A stretch of DNA of 64,000 bases from NCBI GenBank assembly GCA_951406725.2, contig OX597822.1, positions 80,476,001 through 80,540,000 of the forward strand. Reading direction: 5' to 3'. This stretch comes from Octopus vulgaris. Lineage: Eukaryota. The notes below the pieces were generated by a model, which worked only from the letters and a program-made list of their open reading frames with translations, was not told where the DNA came from and ran no database searches. The translations under genes were made by a program, and so were the position numbers. Positions 51,926-64,000 of the stretch are shown here, in pieces. Positions within the stretch are counted from its first letter, which is position 1, and each line of letters starts with the position of its first letter.

Positions 51926-53825
51926 GTAAATATGACAGTGATATGGATTCTGGTTGTTATTTCCAGTAGGTCAGGTGAACGCGTAAAGGCTGAATTGCAA
52001 TGTTTTGTTGAAAATGAGGCCAAAGGTTGGAGACCAGATTAATCCTTTGATCATCCTTACCTGTATCCTCCAATAATCCTTGAGGAAATGAGCAAATCAT
52101 AGTTCCATCCATTACATTTTCTACTTGGTGGGTGACAACACTCCAATTTCGAAAGTACCACAACTTGGTCTACACTTCCTTTTTTTCTTCTTCCAAAAAT
52201 GTACTCTTGTCAGAAACAGAAGCTGACTGAAAGCTTTCTTTATGAAAATATTTCGCATTCTTTCTTTCTGAAAAAAATATTAAATACTTCCTTAAAAGAT
52301 GGTTTCTGTCAGGTTGTATTTTTTACATAAATCATTCTAGAAATCAATATATATACATATCTTAGCCTCAGTGCATATTCATGAATCAGAATATATAGAA
52401 TGCTGAAGATGTGAAATAGCGAATATGGAACCCAATAACTGATGACAATAGTTTGGCTTTCTAACAAACGGTACAAGAATCACCACAGAAAAAATATTTG
52501 ATCTTCCCGGCATTTCACGGGGAGCATCATACTTAGCCTATTTTGTTACATTTTGTTACATAATCACAGCTTTTATGCGTTATCTAGGGTTCCAAACGGA
52601 AACGGATCCTAAATTTTTGCCCGTTTATACGTCCAGTTGTGAAAGTTGTCAGTACGTATTTCACATTGCACCTGCTCAGTAGAAAACCCATCGATGTACG
52701 CTGGGTTACTTGTAGTAGTCGTATTGACCCCTTTGGAATATATAATCTCAATTTTAGAAGTGATCGATATGATAACCGTCTAAGGATCATATGCTAACAC
52801 TCCTGACGTCCTTTCACATAGCAATCCCGACTCAACTTACACGGTTGATAATGTTCCAAGTTTTCTCTCAATTGCAATAAACGTTAAGACAGGGTTCTAT
52901 CATATCTGACCGTGGTGAATATGATTTGAAGCATTGGAATTCTTTCGAGAGAATTATTCTTGCCGTTCACTCTGTGCAAATACATGATAATAGCTAGCCA
53001 ACTATTCCGTGTCTGCTGTCTAAAGTCAAAAAATATCCTCGAAGAAAGCTACGCAATTCATGGTTGCCTACCGGTCCCTTTCATCAACACCTAACTAAAA
53101 GTCTGATGTTTTGCAAACAGCTTGCACATGCAAGTGCTACCAGTCGTGAAACCCGCATACCGTAAACTAGCAAGTGTATGGGGTCATCAGGAGAGAATGC
53201 TCGCCGTTTCGGGGCTTACCTCTCGACGGCATCAATGCGCACCGGCCCCACTCACTCATATGAGGCCCCGCTTGCTAGATCAACTGGTTATTAACTATAG
53301 CTCAATATTCTTCTAGCCATCGCTCCTCGTTTCTTTTTAACCAAATCCAGTGGCTAGCCTTTTCCACTGTAATTTGGATATCCGCCATGGTGGTATTTAC
53401 TTTACAAGCAAGCATTTTTAGGAGCAAACTTATAATGGTTAAGATGTTAACGCATTGATTATGGCACAATTTTTCCTGTCAATATTTCGATTTGTCGACT
53501 AATTTAATGGATATATATTAATTATGGATTAATTATATCATTTTCTGTCTTAAGAGTATTTTATTGTGTTAAACTGTACGGTAGAAATTATCGGTCAAAA
53601 TAGTAAATTTTAAGGAAAATAAAATAAAATAAAACACAAAGGAATCCTTCATTTGGCTGTTCAGCATCATTCCTCTTGCTCATCATTGTTACTACACTAA
53701 GGGAAGCAACACAGAAGTATGCTGTAAGTCTCTCTCCCTCTCTCATTTGGCCCCCCCTCTCAAATACACCTACATATATATGTTTACACAAACACATACA
53801 TAAACACCACTTTTACAAAAAGTGT

Positions 53826-53931
53826 GACCACGACTTCGAAGTTTCGGCCGGCTTGATTTCGTCAGACACGCCAGTGAAGACTAGCAGGCCGAAACTTCGA
53901 AGTCATTGTACTTTTCTGGCAAAAGTACAAT
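53826..53931. ncRNA. Two divergently oriented degenerate hammerhead-like motifs plus a small hairpin
   Basis: GGCCGAAACTTCGAAGTC occurs on both strands (53848-53832 and 53887-53904); the minus copy has CTGACGA, the plus copy GTGAAGA; hairpin ATTGTACTTTT-CTGGC-AAAAGTACAAT at 53905-53931. Confidence 0.55.
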
Positions 53932-54004
53932 AAATAAGCAATCTACAAAAGTTTTCATCGATTGACCAGCTTAATGCTAAAGGTTTATTATCAACCAACA
54001 TATG

Positions 54005-54200
54005 GCACACCAGACGTAATGCTCAGCAGAAATATTTCCGGCTTTACTTTACGTTCTGAGTTCAAATTCCGCCGATGTCGACTTTGCATTTCATGCTTTT
54101 AGGGTCGATAAAATGAATACCTGTTGATCATTGGCGTCAAAGAAATCCACTTGCCCACTTCTCAAAAACCCCTGGCTTTGTGCTTATAGCAGAAAAGGTT
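54005..54200 (+). mobile_element. SINE family A
   Basis: ACGTTCTGAGTTCAAATTCCGCCGATGTCGACTTTGC...GGGTCGATAAAATGA. Confidence 0.82.
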
Positions 54201-54564
54201 ATTACTCCAAATAAAAACAGATATTAATACACATACATACACCCGTGTTTGTGTGTGTGTGTTGATGGCAATATATTATCGATTCTCTTTATCTGTTCTT
54301 TCTATATAAATGCATATCTAAAAGTACTTATGAGTAGTCGCGCTCACACACACGCATGGATGACTATCTGTACCTATGCACGCACTTAGAGCTGTTTATG
54401 TATATAAAGTTAGTATCTTTTGCACAATTCTTCAAAGAACTAGACTTCAGCGTAGAATCAAAATTCTTCCATTAAAATTCAGATAACATCTACTAACTGT
54501 ATATACACAAATACCAGCTCAAATAAATATATATATATATATCTTTATATATGTATATATATAC

Positions 54565-54623
<59 letters not shown>

Positions 54624-54677
54624 CATATATATAAGCATGTATGTGTATATGATTATTTCTCTCTCTCTCTCACTCTT

Positions 54678-54718
<41 letters not shown>

Positions 54719-55435
54719 GCTTGCATGCACGCTTGCTACCCATTGCATGTATGTGTTTGTGCATGCATGTTTGCACGTCCGCGCTCTTACGTCTATTTTA
54801 ACGCATGTTCGTGTTCATATAAACATATTTGGTCGATTCTTTCAACCGTCTTGTATGCTGAACGTTTAGAACAATTCTTTTAAAAGACTGGTATTTATTA
54901 ATCAAAGCTACAGCCGTATCTTTTCTGAGTTATTAAGTTCCGTAGTTAAACATCGAAGTACGTCTCGGATCAACGAGGAAGCGACCGCTACGTGGCATAA
55001 CCGCATCTGTTAATAAATGACAGTCTAATTTCCTTTAAGTGTCATCCTGCTCTCTAATTAGTTTACGAATATATGGAATACAACAATTCTGAAAAGAATA
55101 TGGACAAAATTTACAAATGGATGATCATGGATAGAATCAGTTCGTTCCATAAAATTTTGGTACTGAAAACCTGATCCGTTGTACGGGAAGAAACGAAAAG
55201 TTTGGATATTAAGGATTGGAACAATCCGGAAATATAGGTTCTGCATGAGCCAATAATCAAAATATTTCAAAATCTTTCAACAACACGGTACAAATAAACT
55301 GCGCAAAATATCGAGGTTACATGAGAATATTCCAAGAGAAGTTAATGTATAAGTGTTGTTATTTATCTCTTTTCTTGCATTCGTACCTTCTAGGATATTA
55401 AATTATAAATCTTAGGAAAGAAAACAAGCAGAAGA

Positions 55436-55475
<40 letters not shown>

Positions 55476-55824
55476 AAGAGAGAGAAAAATACGAGCTTCA
55501 TTCTGCGTTGTTTTCTCCATATTTTATAATTTCAAAGTGATAATCAAGACATCTAATTTCCACAAACAGTGCAGGTATTCGTCCACTGTTGCAGAGAAAA
55601 TTGTCCAGTATCCTCTATTCAGAGAACTAAGTGCATGATATTATAATATAATTTGCATCACAAATGTGATCAATAACGTTATTAGATACAAGTTGCTAAT
55701 GGAGTGTAATTCGGTGCAAGGAACTTCGTTTGAAAAACAACGGTTGATCACTAATATTTAAATTCTTAGCCAATATACATCAGAGGGAGATACATATACA
55801 TATACATGCCTACACACACGCATA

Positions 55825-55960
<136 letters not shown>

Positions 55961-56761
55961 GTAGTTAGGCTTCAATGTATCTGTCTGTCTTGCAGCCGGC
56001 GCTTGTAGGCGCATTTCTGATCTATATTTAGGCGATGGTAATTTTAACAATTTCCTGCTTTTATTAAGAAAACTTACAGCTTATGCGAAGAAAATGCGTC
56101 GCATTATATAAAACTAAGAATAAGGTATCCTGGTTAATCTACTTTTCAATATATGTTTAAATAATAAAGCCAGAAACTTTCTGCTCGTAATAAAAGAACA
56201 TTTCACATCTACCGACAATATATAAAAATCAATTCAACGATTACAACATTAAAGTTTGCCATTCTTGTCAAGATAACATTGTGCAAGTTAAAACTTGTAT
56301 CCCCATAGCTCCTACTTCAAAACCTTGTAACGGCAGGAGCCTCTCAGTTTATCCCCTTAAGTGGTTGCTTCACTCCTAAAGCGTCTTATACAAAACATTT
56401 GCCCCACCTGATGGTATCGAAAGAATTTTGAGGAACTCACAGCAAATAATTTCAAGAGTAGATATTATCATCATGGTTATCGAAACACAAGGCGGACTCC
56501 ATTTCTTTCCTGAATTCCTTTGGAATCTTTGGGTGTGCCCAGTAACATAGAGATTCACCCCCATATAACAACAGACTACGAAACCAGGATATTACCTGTG
56601 CTATTCCTGATCTGAAAACAACTGGTGATATCACTGCTCATCTCACGTCAGATCTGTGTTCTTTCTCTTATATTGCAGCAGCTATGTCATCCTTTCTATC
56701 TGCAACTCAAATAACAATCTGATTGCTCTCAACCAATATTGCTCGAACGAGCAATATTTAT

Positions 56762-57147
56762 TCTTTTATTCTTTTATCTGTTTGTCATTTGACTGCGGCC
56801 TTGCTAGAGCACCGCCTTTAGTCGAGCAAATGGATCCCAGGACTTATTCTTTGTAAGCCTAGTACTTATTTTATAGGTCTCTCTTGCCGAACCACTAAGT
56901 TACGGGGACGTAAACACACCAGCATCGGTTGTCAAGCGATGTTGGGGGACAAACACAGACACACAAATACACACACACAGAGACACACACGGGCTTCTTT
57001 TAGTTTCCGTCTACCAAATCCATTCACAAGTCTTCGATAGGCCCGATGCTATAGTAGAAGACACTTGCCCAAGTTGCCACGCAGTGGGACTGAACCCAGA
57101 ACCATGTGGCTGGTAAGCAAGCTACGTACCACAGCCACTCCTGCGCC
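56762..57147 (-). mobile_element. SINE family B, full length
   Basis: Complete reverse complement from AGGCGCAGGAGTGGCTGTGGT through the tail. Confidence 0.92.
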
Positions 57148-58277
57148 TTTGTTTATATTTAGTATAGATTTCAGCTCGACAGAACATATCAATAATCAAA
57201 GCGTTTCGGAACTGTTTATTCCTCTTTATTATGCATAATGTATGGAAGGTCGTATAAAGTTCCCATCTTTTTTCAAAAGATCTTGCTGCTATTTCTTCCC
57301 ACAAATGGTCAGGCGAAGCGCAACCGTTTATTGATGTGGTTATTATTGTTTAATGTCAGGAATTTTAAATGAGTAAATCTATGAACAAGAAAGTTACAGC
57401 TATGATCATTTCCTCAACGATGCGGAAATTTCTGAAATATGAGACGTTTTGGCAAAGCAGTTTTGGTGCCATCAATTTGGCGTCGCAGATTCGACGCTGA
57501 CTAATTTGATATCCGGTGTTTTAATGTTTCTCTTGTTTTAATGCTTTTTCGTTTTTATGTTTTCTCTCTCATCATCCTCTCTCTCTCTCTCCCCTCTCTC
57601 TCTCCCTCTCTGTCTTTTTCTCTTTCTGTTTCTGTGACTGAGCATATAGTTGCTTGTTGGTGTGTGGTTCTGTTCAGATCAAGCAGACCTATGGTTAAAA
57701 ACACTTCACACTATCATTAATCATTCGTATACAAACATTATATATCTGAAATTACATTATTCGATATGCTCTTCATATTTCAACATGAACGAATGTGATT
57801 CGAGCGAAATGTGACTGCTATTTCTAGCATATCACACGTCTTCCTAGAAGTGTCTATACCGTTTTCGTGCCCCAAATATTAGTATTACTGCTGGTACAGC
57901 ACAGACATGAAAGGGCTATTGTTCTATTGCATATGAAGAGCACCGATTCCTACATATTGTTCATTCTAGTGTAATATTCGCTGGATATGTGTTTCTTATT
58001 ACAATCATCGTCATAGAACGAGTTGTCGGCCATCCTTAGTTATATTCAATACTATTTACCGGATATTGGAGAAGTAGTCGGGTTATTGATAGTGATGTTG
58101 TTAGACTGGCTTGTAATTTTACAGCGTTTTAGAATCTTGGCCAAACTCCAGCCCTATATTTATTCAGAATCGGCGAAACAGGTCAAAACATTTTTATCAT
58201 ATTAGTTATAGTTTCACAGTGTAGTTTAAGGTCATTTCCAAAGGCGGATTCACAGAAAAATTAGAGCATCGGAGGTG

Positions 58278-58600
58278 AAGGCGCATAGCTTGGTGATTCG
58301 GTTATTCGGATCATGATCGTAAAGTCATGAGTTCGATAGCCGACGGTTCATTGTGTCCTTGGGCAACTCACTTTATTTCACATTGTTCCAGTTCACTCAG
58401 CTGGCAAAACTGAGTTCTACATGTAATTCGGAGGGCCAGCCTTATTCTATTCTGTGTCTCTGAATCTCACTGAGAACTATGTTAAGGTTACGCATGTCTA
58501 AGGTGTACTTAGCCACTTTCACGTTAATTTCACGAGCTGGATGTTCCGATGATCGAATCAATTCAAACACTGATTGTCGTAAGTGACGGAGATGCCATAG
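58278..58600 (+). mobile_element. SINE family C
   Basis: Colinear with 12977-13310. Confidence 0.85.
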
Positions 58601-58837
58601 TATCGAAGAAAACTGTGTATCGTATTTTATTTACGGTCATATATTTTCTGAAATCGAATTCCACCAAAGTCGACTTTCTCTTTCATCCTTCAGTGATCGT
58701 TAAATACGCAACGTTTTAATATTGGGATTAACTTAATCAACTGCAGGTTGAGGAAAGCAATGTAGGTGACAAGAAGAGGAGACACACGTCAGTCGGGAGT
58801 AAGAAATTGGAATCCCCTTCGACATTACTGTTCCGAA

Positions 58838-59088
58838 CATTAGGAGTTAAAAGGACCGTTTCCAGTTTTTACGGCATGGCTGCGATGAAAATTTTTCCCC
58901 TGACAGAGACGACAGTCTATCATATTTACAGCTGGGTTACACCTGAGTTACAAATTTACAGCTGGGTTGGCTGGAACGATGTGAAATGAGTTAGTTCAAG
59001 AATGCAACGCACCGCTTGGTTCAGAAATCGAAAGCACAACCCTACGATCGTGAGTGTAGCACACGTAGCCACTAGGCCACGCATCTTA
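58838..59088 (-). mobile_element. SINE family D
   Basis: Colinear with 25600, 28970 and 49525. Confidence 0.72.
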
Positions 59089-59414
59089 ACTGGCAGAGAA
59101 CACCTGAGTGAAAATGACAGAGGAGATTCAACTACGAAAAGGGAAACCACTAAGGTTCATCTACAAATGTAGAAAAATGTAAAAGCCGTTCTGTGGGTCA
59201 GTGGTTGTCCTTGTTGGCCGAGTGGATTCATGCCAATTCACCCTGAATAGCATGTACCTCACACGCATCTTTCTTAAAACGCTCGTTAGTGACAGTATGC
59301 AGACAACATGCTGTCTCCTTTTGATATTTGCCTCTCCTAGCTTATTTCCCCTTGCTGTAAATTCAGTTCACCACGTTGTCATTGAGTTTTGTATTAGCTT
59401 GAGACCATAAGCAG

Positions 59415-60730
59415 TTATTATTATTGTATTTGCACAGTTTCTAATGCTGGAGTTGTGCTACGATTTCGGCTGTTCACTACCAGTAATCTAAGGTAACAAC
59501 CCTTAGTTTTCGAGCACCATCCGGAGTATTCGAGCGGTTCCAAGCAGTGCTGTTTTCTGCAAGTGCTCTAACCTTATTGCAGCCCCTATTTGTTCCATGT
59601 ACTTCTCAATAATTTTACTCAATGTTCCCAGGGCTCTGACAATTATTGTACTACTTCCACCTTTTTTAGCGACCACAACTGCTTAACTTCCCAAGCTAAC
59701 CTGTCATATCTATCGATTTTTCTTTATTTCTTATTCCATACCTTGTTGTGAGCTGGGCATGATATATCTATGAACCAGTATCGTTTGCTTTATCTCTCAA
59801 TTAACACTATGTCTGGCTTCCTATTCTCATGGTCGCGCTGGATCATAAAATCCCATAGGATCTTTGCATTATCATTTCGATGATGCCTTCGGGTTTATGT
59901 TCGTACTACTTATTTGCTCTCTCAAGTCCATACTTGTTGCAAAATGCCCAATGGACAAGCCTGGCTATATTGTCAGGATGGCTTTTATATTCATTCTGGG
60001 CTAGTGGCGTACATTGACTGGTAATATGCCATACGGTTTCACAATTTTGCCCACAAATTCTGCACTTATCACTTTCTGATGTGTTGTCTATTCTGTATTT
60101 GATGTAATTGGTTCTTAATGCTTGCTCTTGGGCAGCACAGATTAGAGCCTCCGTTTCTGGTTTCAAACCACTTTTAGACATCCATAGCCATCTTTTTTCT
60201 CTGTCTGTCTTTTCTTCAACATCCCTATGAAATTTCCATGCATTCTTTTCTTTATCCGCCTATTTTCAGTTTCATTCATTCTCAACTCCTTGTACAGTGC
60301 TTTATCTTTGCAATCTTCCACCCTACACAAGCCTGAACTTCTTAATACAAATGACAGTGGTTTTGTGGCATTTTTACATACCATGTTATGTTGTTTTCTT
60401 CTGCTCTAACTCTGTGTTCGCATCCAATCAGTCCTCTCCCCCTCTTTTTCTTGGTACATACAGTGTGTCTGTGTCACTTTTGGAGTAGAGTATCCTATAT
60501 CTAGTCAGCAACTTCCCTGTCTTTCTGTCTAAGCTGTTAGTTCGTCTACTATCCCTGCGATTACCCCTGCTCCATATCTAAGTAGTTAAACCACCCAGGT
60601 GCTGATAGCTTCCATATTATTCCGTCTGTTTAATTCCGACTTAAGTTTCAGTGTCAGTTAAATTTTCTGTCATTTCTTTCTCCATCAATTTATCCATTTC
60701 CAGTATCCCCAAGTGCTTATAGCCCGTCTC
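59415..60730 (-). mobile_element. R4/Dong-clade non-LTR retrotransposon, 3' portion (end of RT, CCHC knuckle, restriction-like endonuclease), decayed
   Basis: Fragments GYKHLGILE; LKPETEALICAAQEQALRT; CRICGQNCETVWHITSQC; KPDIVLI; LQKTALLGTARILRMVLEN* (stop 59503-59505); 3' UTR ends in (TAA)n; frameshifts present. Confidence 0.9.
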
Positions 60731-62690
60731 TTGTATCTGCTCGAAGGATCGTACTGGATCATTACATCCCTCAGGATTTTGCAATTCTCATTTTCGTTGA
60801 CTCCTTTTGGAGTTTTCTTATACCATGTCCTTGCTCTTTGTAGGCCGTGATTTCCACAGAGTTCCCAGCGGATCATTCTTGCCACATTGCCAAAGCATCT
60901 TTTGTATTCGCCTTGTGCCAATTTCGCAAATTCGCTAACGATGTGCCTTACAGTTTCACCCCTCTCACCATACATTCTGCATTTATATACTACCCTAAGC
61001 AGTTTTCCTCTGCTTCGATACAGTCCTGGTAACAGCAAATCTATCCCACCTTTACTTCTGGAAAAGTACAGCCTATCGGTGTCACACTTAGGGTGGCAGG
61101 CTCCGTGCACTATCAACATTTTCTGGTTTTGTTATCCATTTTCATCAAGCATCTTTTTAGGCACTTCATAATTTCCGCTTGGATTGTATTCTATCTGGTA
61201 AATTTTGAGCGCAAACCAACCTCAGTCTTCGGAAATATTCCATCTTCATTTGCTCTTAGATTTCCTTTTCCATTATCTCGATGCCTTGTAGTACACCAAG
61301 GTATTTGTATCCTTCTGTTTCAGTTTATTTAATCAAGTCTCTGTTCAGTAATTATACTCCTGCTAGGGAAAAAGCAACGGAGATTGTCTATCCCCCTGTC
61401 TTCTGATACCCAGAGTGTACCCAAGCTTTCCCCGTAAGATTTCAGTTCCGTTTTCCAGTCCACCATATTTCTCTTCAAGAAACACGTTATATTCCTCGCA
61501 ATTCCAAATAGATCTAAGTATTCAATGATCCGTGAATGTGGCATCATATCATAAATTTGCGGTTGCCAATCCAGTTCATTCTCAGATTTGTTTTCCGTAC
61601 AAGTTTGCATTACCATTTTGTCTATCAATAATTGATCTTTGGTACCTCTGCATCTCCTTTAACAGCCATTTTGTTCCGTCGGTAATATATCGTTCTCATC
61701 AAAAAGTTTATACAGTTCTTTTGCAATTCCTCCTGACAGTAACTTTCACATTAATAGGAGGCAGGAAATTGGCCTGCATTTGTCAGCAGCATTTCCCTTC
61801 GATGCATCTTTCAAACACAACGCCATTCATTCTCTTGTCAACCAGCCTGGGATTTCTTCTTCTCCATTGATCAATGCATTAAATTGCTCTGGGATTAATT
61901 TATGGCAACTACTGAACTATTTTATCCAAAATCCCTGTACACCATCCGGTCCTCCTGCTTTCCAATTGCTTATCATTTTACTCGTATTTCGGATACTGCC
62001 TTCTGTGAAGTGAATAGCCTCTTGCTGGGGATAAGAAGCTATCTGCTTCAGGTTGCAAAACCATTCAGCTGTAGTATTATTGTTCTTGCTTACTCTATAT
62101 CTTACTCCAGAAAAGTCGACTTTCATCAGCTTCAGAGACTAATATTTCACGTTTTTGATCATCATTAATCTCTTTGGAAAATTTGTTGTTCAAACTTAGT
62201 TAGCTTTGCTTTTTTTGCATGTATGCGCTGCTTCAGTTCTTCAATTACAACATACAGGTCTTTCGTATCTACAGCATACTTCTTCCTAACTTTTTCGAAT
62301 TGCCACTCATTCTTAAGCTCTCCATTTCTTTTCCTAATAAACATTGACACTACACTGCTCTAGGAGTTTATCTTCAGAAATTCCTGTTAATCATCCATTA
62401 CTTCGTATTAGTCTTGGCTGGTCACATAGTATCTGCTCAGCAATTTCAAACTATTCCATTACCTTCCATTCACTGAACCCTCTGACAGGCACGCCATTCG
62501 CAAACAACTGTGTGTTCCGGTAGTAACATTCCATAACCATCATGTTTACTTGTTTACTCCACCTATGTCTTGTAGCATGGCTAGCATTTGCTGGATTACG
62601 ACGGGGCCTAACTTGCTGTCCTATGGGGCACCTGTCCGGTGCGGCATCTTCACCATTTGTTCCACTCATGGTCACACCGTTATCGTCAAT
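60731..62690 (-). mobile_element. Second R4/Dong-clade element, from 5' end to knuckle region, heavily deleted
   Basis: RHRWSKQVNMMVMECYY N-terminus; EELKQRIHAK; NWKAGGPDGVQGFWIK; YDMMPHS; HPKCDTDRLY; CRMYGERGETVRHIVSE; stops and frameshifts. Confidence 0.85.
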
Positions 62691-62709
62691 TATTAATATT
62701 ATTATTATA

Positions 62710-62934
62710 AAGGCGGCGAGATGGCAGAATCGTTAGCACGCTGGACGAAATGTTTAGCGGTATCAGAACATAGCGACTCGTCGCTATGTTCTGAGTTCAA
62801 ATTCCTGCGAGGTCGACTTTGTCTTTCATCCTTCCGGGGTGGATAAATTAAGTACCAGTGAAACACTGGGGTCGATGCGATCGATCGTCTCATTCACCAC
62901 AAAATCCAGGTCTTCTGCCTATACCAGAAAGGAT
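62710..62934 (+). mobile_element. SINE family A monomer followed by (TTC)n(TTA)n tail expansion
   Basis: AGGCGGCGAGATGGCAGAATCGTTAGCACG head; tail runs into the 62935-63047 microsatellite. Confidence 0.88.
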
Positions 62935-62948
62935 TCTTCTTCTTCTTC

Positions 62949-63049
<101 letters not shown>

Positions 63050-63348
63050 GTTATTACTTTCCATTAAGATTTTGATTTGTGTTAGTTGTTGAATTCGTAG
63101 TTATTGAGCATGTATCGTGTACTTTTCGTTAATATTCTGAACACTGATTCATTCCATTTTAAACTATTGGACTTAATGTGTGTCTAGACTAATGAAGTAG
63201 AAAGAAATACAATTTGCTGTCATCGATTACAAATACATCACTGCTAAAGCAATTAATACAACAGAACGGATTATTGCGTTGTGAGGTTCCAAATATGTGT
63301 TGTATTTCAGAAATGATTCAAGACTTTCACCAACCAATAATAGCAGGC

Positions 63349-63506
<158 letters not shown>

Positions 63507-63792
63507 ATGTGCGAGTGTGTGTATGCTACATTTGGCGAAATTTCTTAACATTCCTAAACGAGTTAATGATATTGTTCGTTGTGTTTGATGTTGCGTTGTT
63601 ACGTAACGCCCAAGCCAACTTGGAACAATTGCGTCTATGGTCAAAAACCTCTATGCAGCGCAACCACCCTAAATTTATGTGTACACAAATACACATTTAC
63701 ACATACACAAATACACAAATACACATTTACACACACCCAAACACACAGCACGCACACACCCAAGCACACTCAAATACTCGTACATATATACA

Positions 63793-63796
<4 letters not shown>

Positions 63797-63880
<84 letters not shown>

Positions 63881-63895
63881 TATAGATATATATAT

Positions 63896-63984
<89 letters not shown>

Positions 63985-63985
63985 G
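63797..63985. repeat. (TA)n(GA)n(GATA)n microsatellite
   Basis: Directly visible. Confidence 0.97.
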
Positions 63986-64000
63986 ATATATATTAGGGGT

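Noticed and set aside
51950-53110. Possible decayed RT fragments (IPKGSI, FPQG)
   Set aside because: Motif matches too short to separate from chance without a profile search
54960-55330. Possible Penelope GIY-YIG endonuclease remnant (…IWN…KWMIMDR…)
   Set aside because: Similarity is faint and broken by stops; needs TBLASTN or HMM support
56340-56760. Possible LINE endonuclease remnant
   Set aside because: No diagnostic motif could be read in any frame

Overview
Eukaryotic, AT-rich, microsatellite-saturated DNA. The repeat families look like those of an octopod cephalopod (Octopus-type tRNA-derived SINEs); this is recognition by eye, not a database result. Almost every ORF in the supplied track is a translation of (TA)n, (CA)n, (TATC)n or triplet repeats and is not a gene. 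One convincing host coding exon is present on the minus strand (43491->43267). It ends at a GTGAGT donor, and I could not find its next exon, so roughly 1-43266 is probably one long intron. The rest is transposon debris: dozens of SINE copies from at least 3-4 families (several multimeric, with target-site duplications), a decayed and apparently chimeric R4/Dong-type non-LTR retrotransposon (59.4-62.7 kb), CR1-like and RTE-like scraps, and mariner-, hAT- and TTAA-flanked MITEs. The most interesting signal is a set of Penelope-type minimal hammerhead-ribozyme motifs (best at 27707-27752 and 33240-33283), together with several long fold-back inverted repeats, some sitting in (TA)n tracts. I see no CRISPR array, rRNA, true tRNA gene or prokaryote-style system. 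Repeat boundaries are approximate unless a TSD or terminus is quoted.
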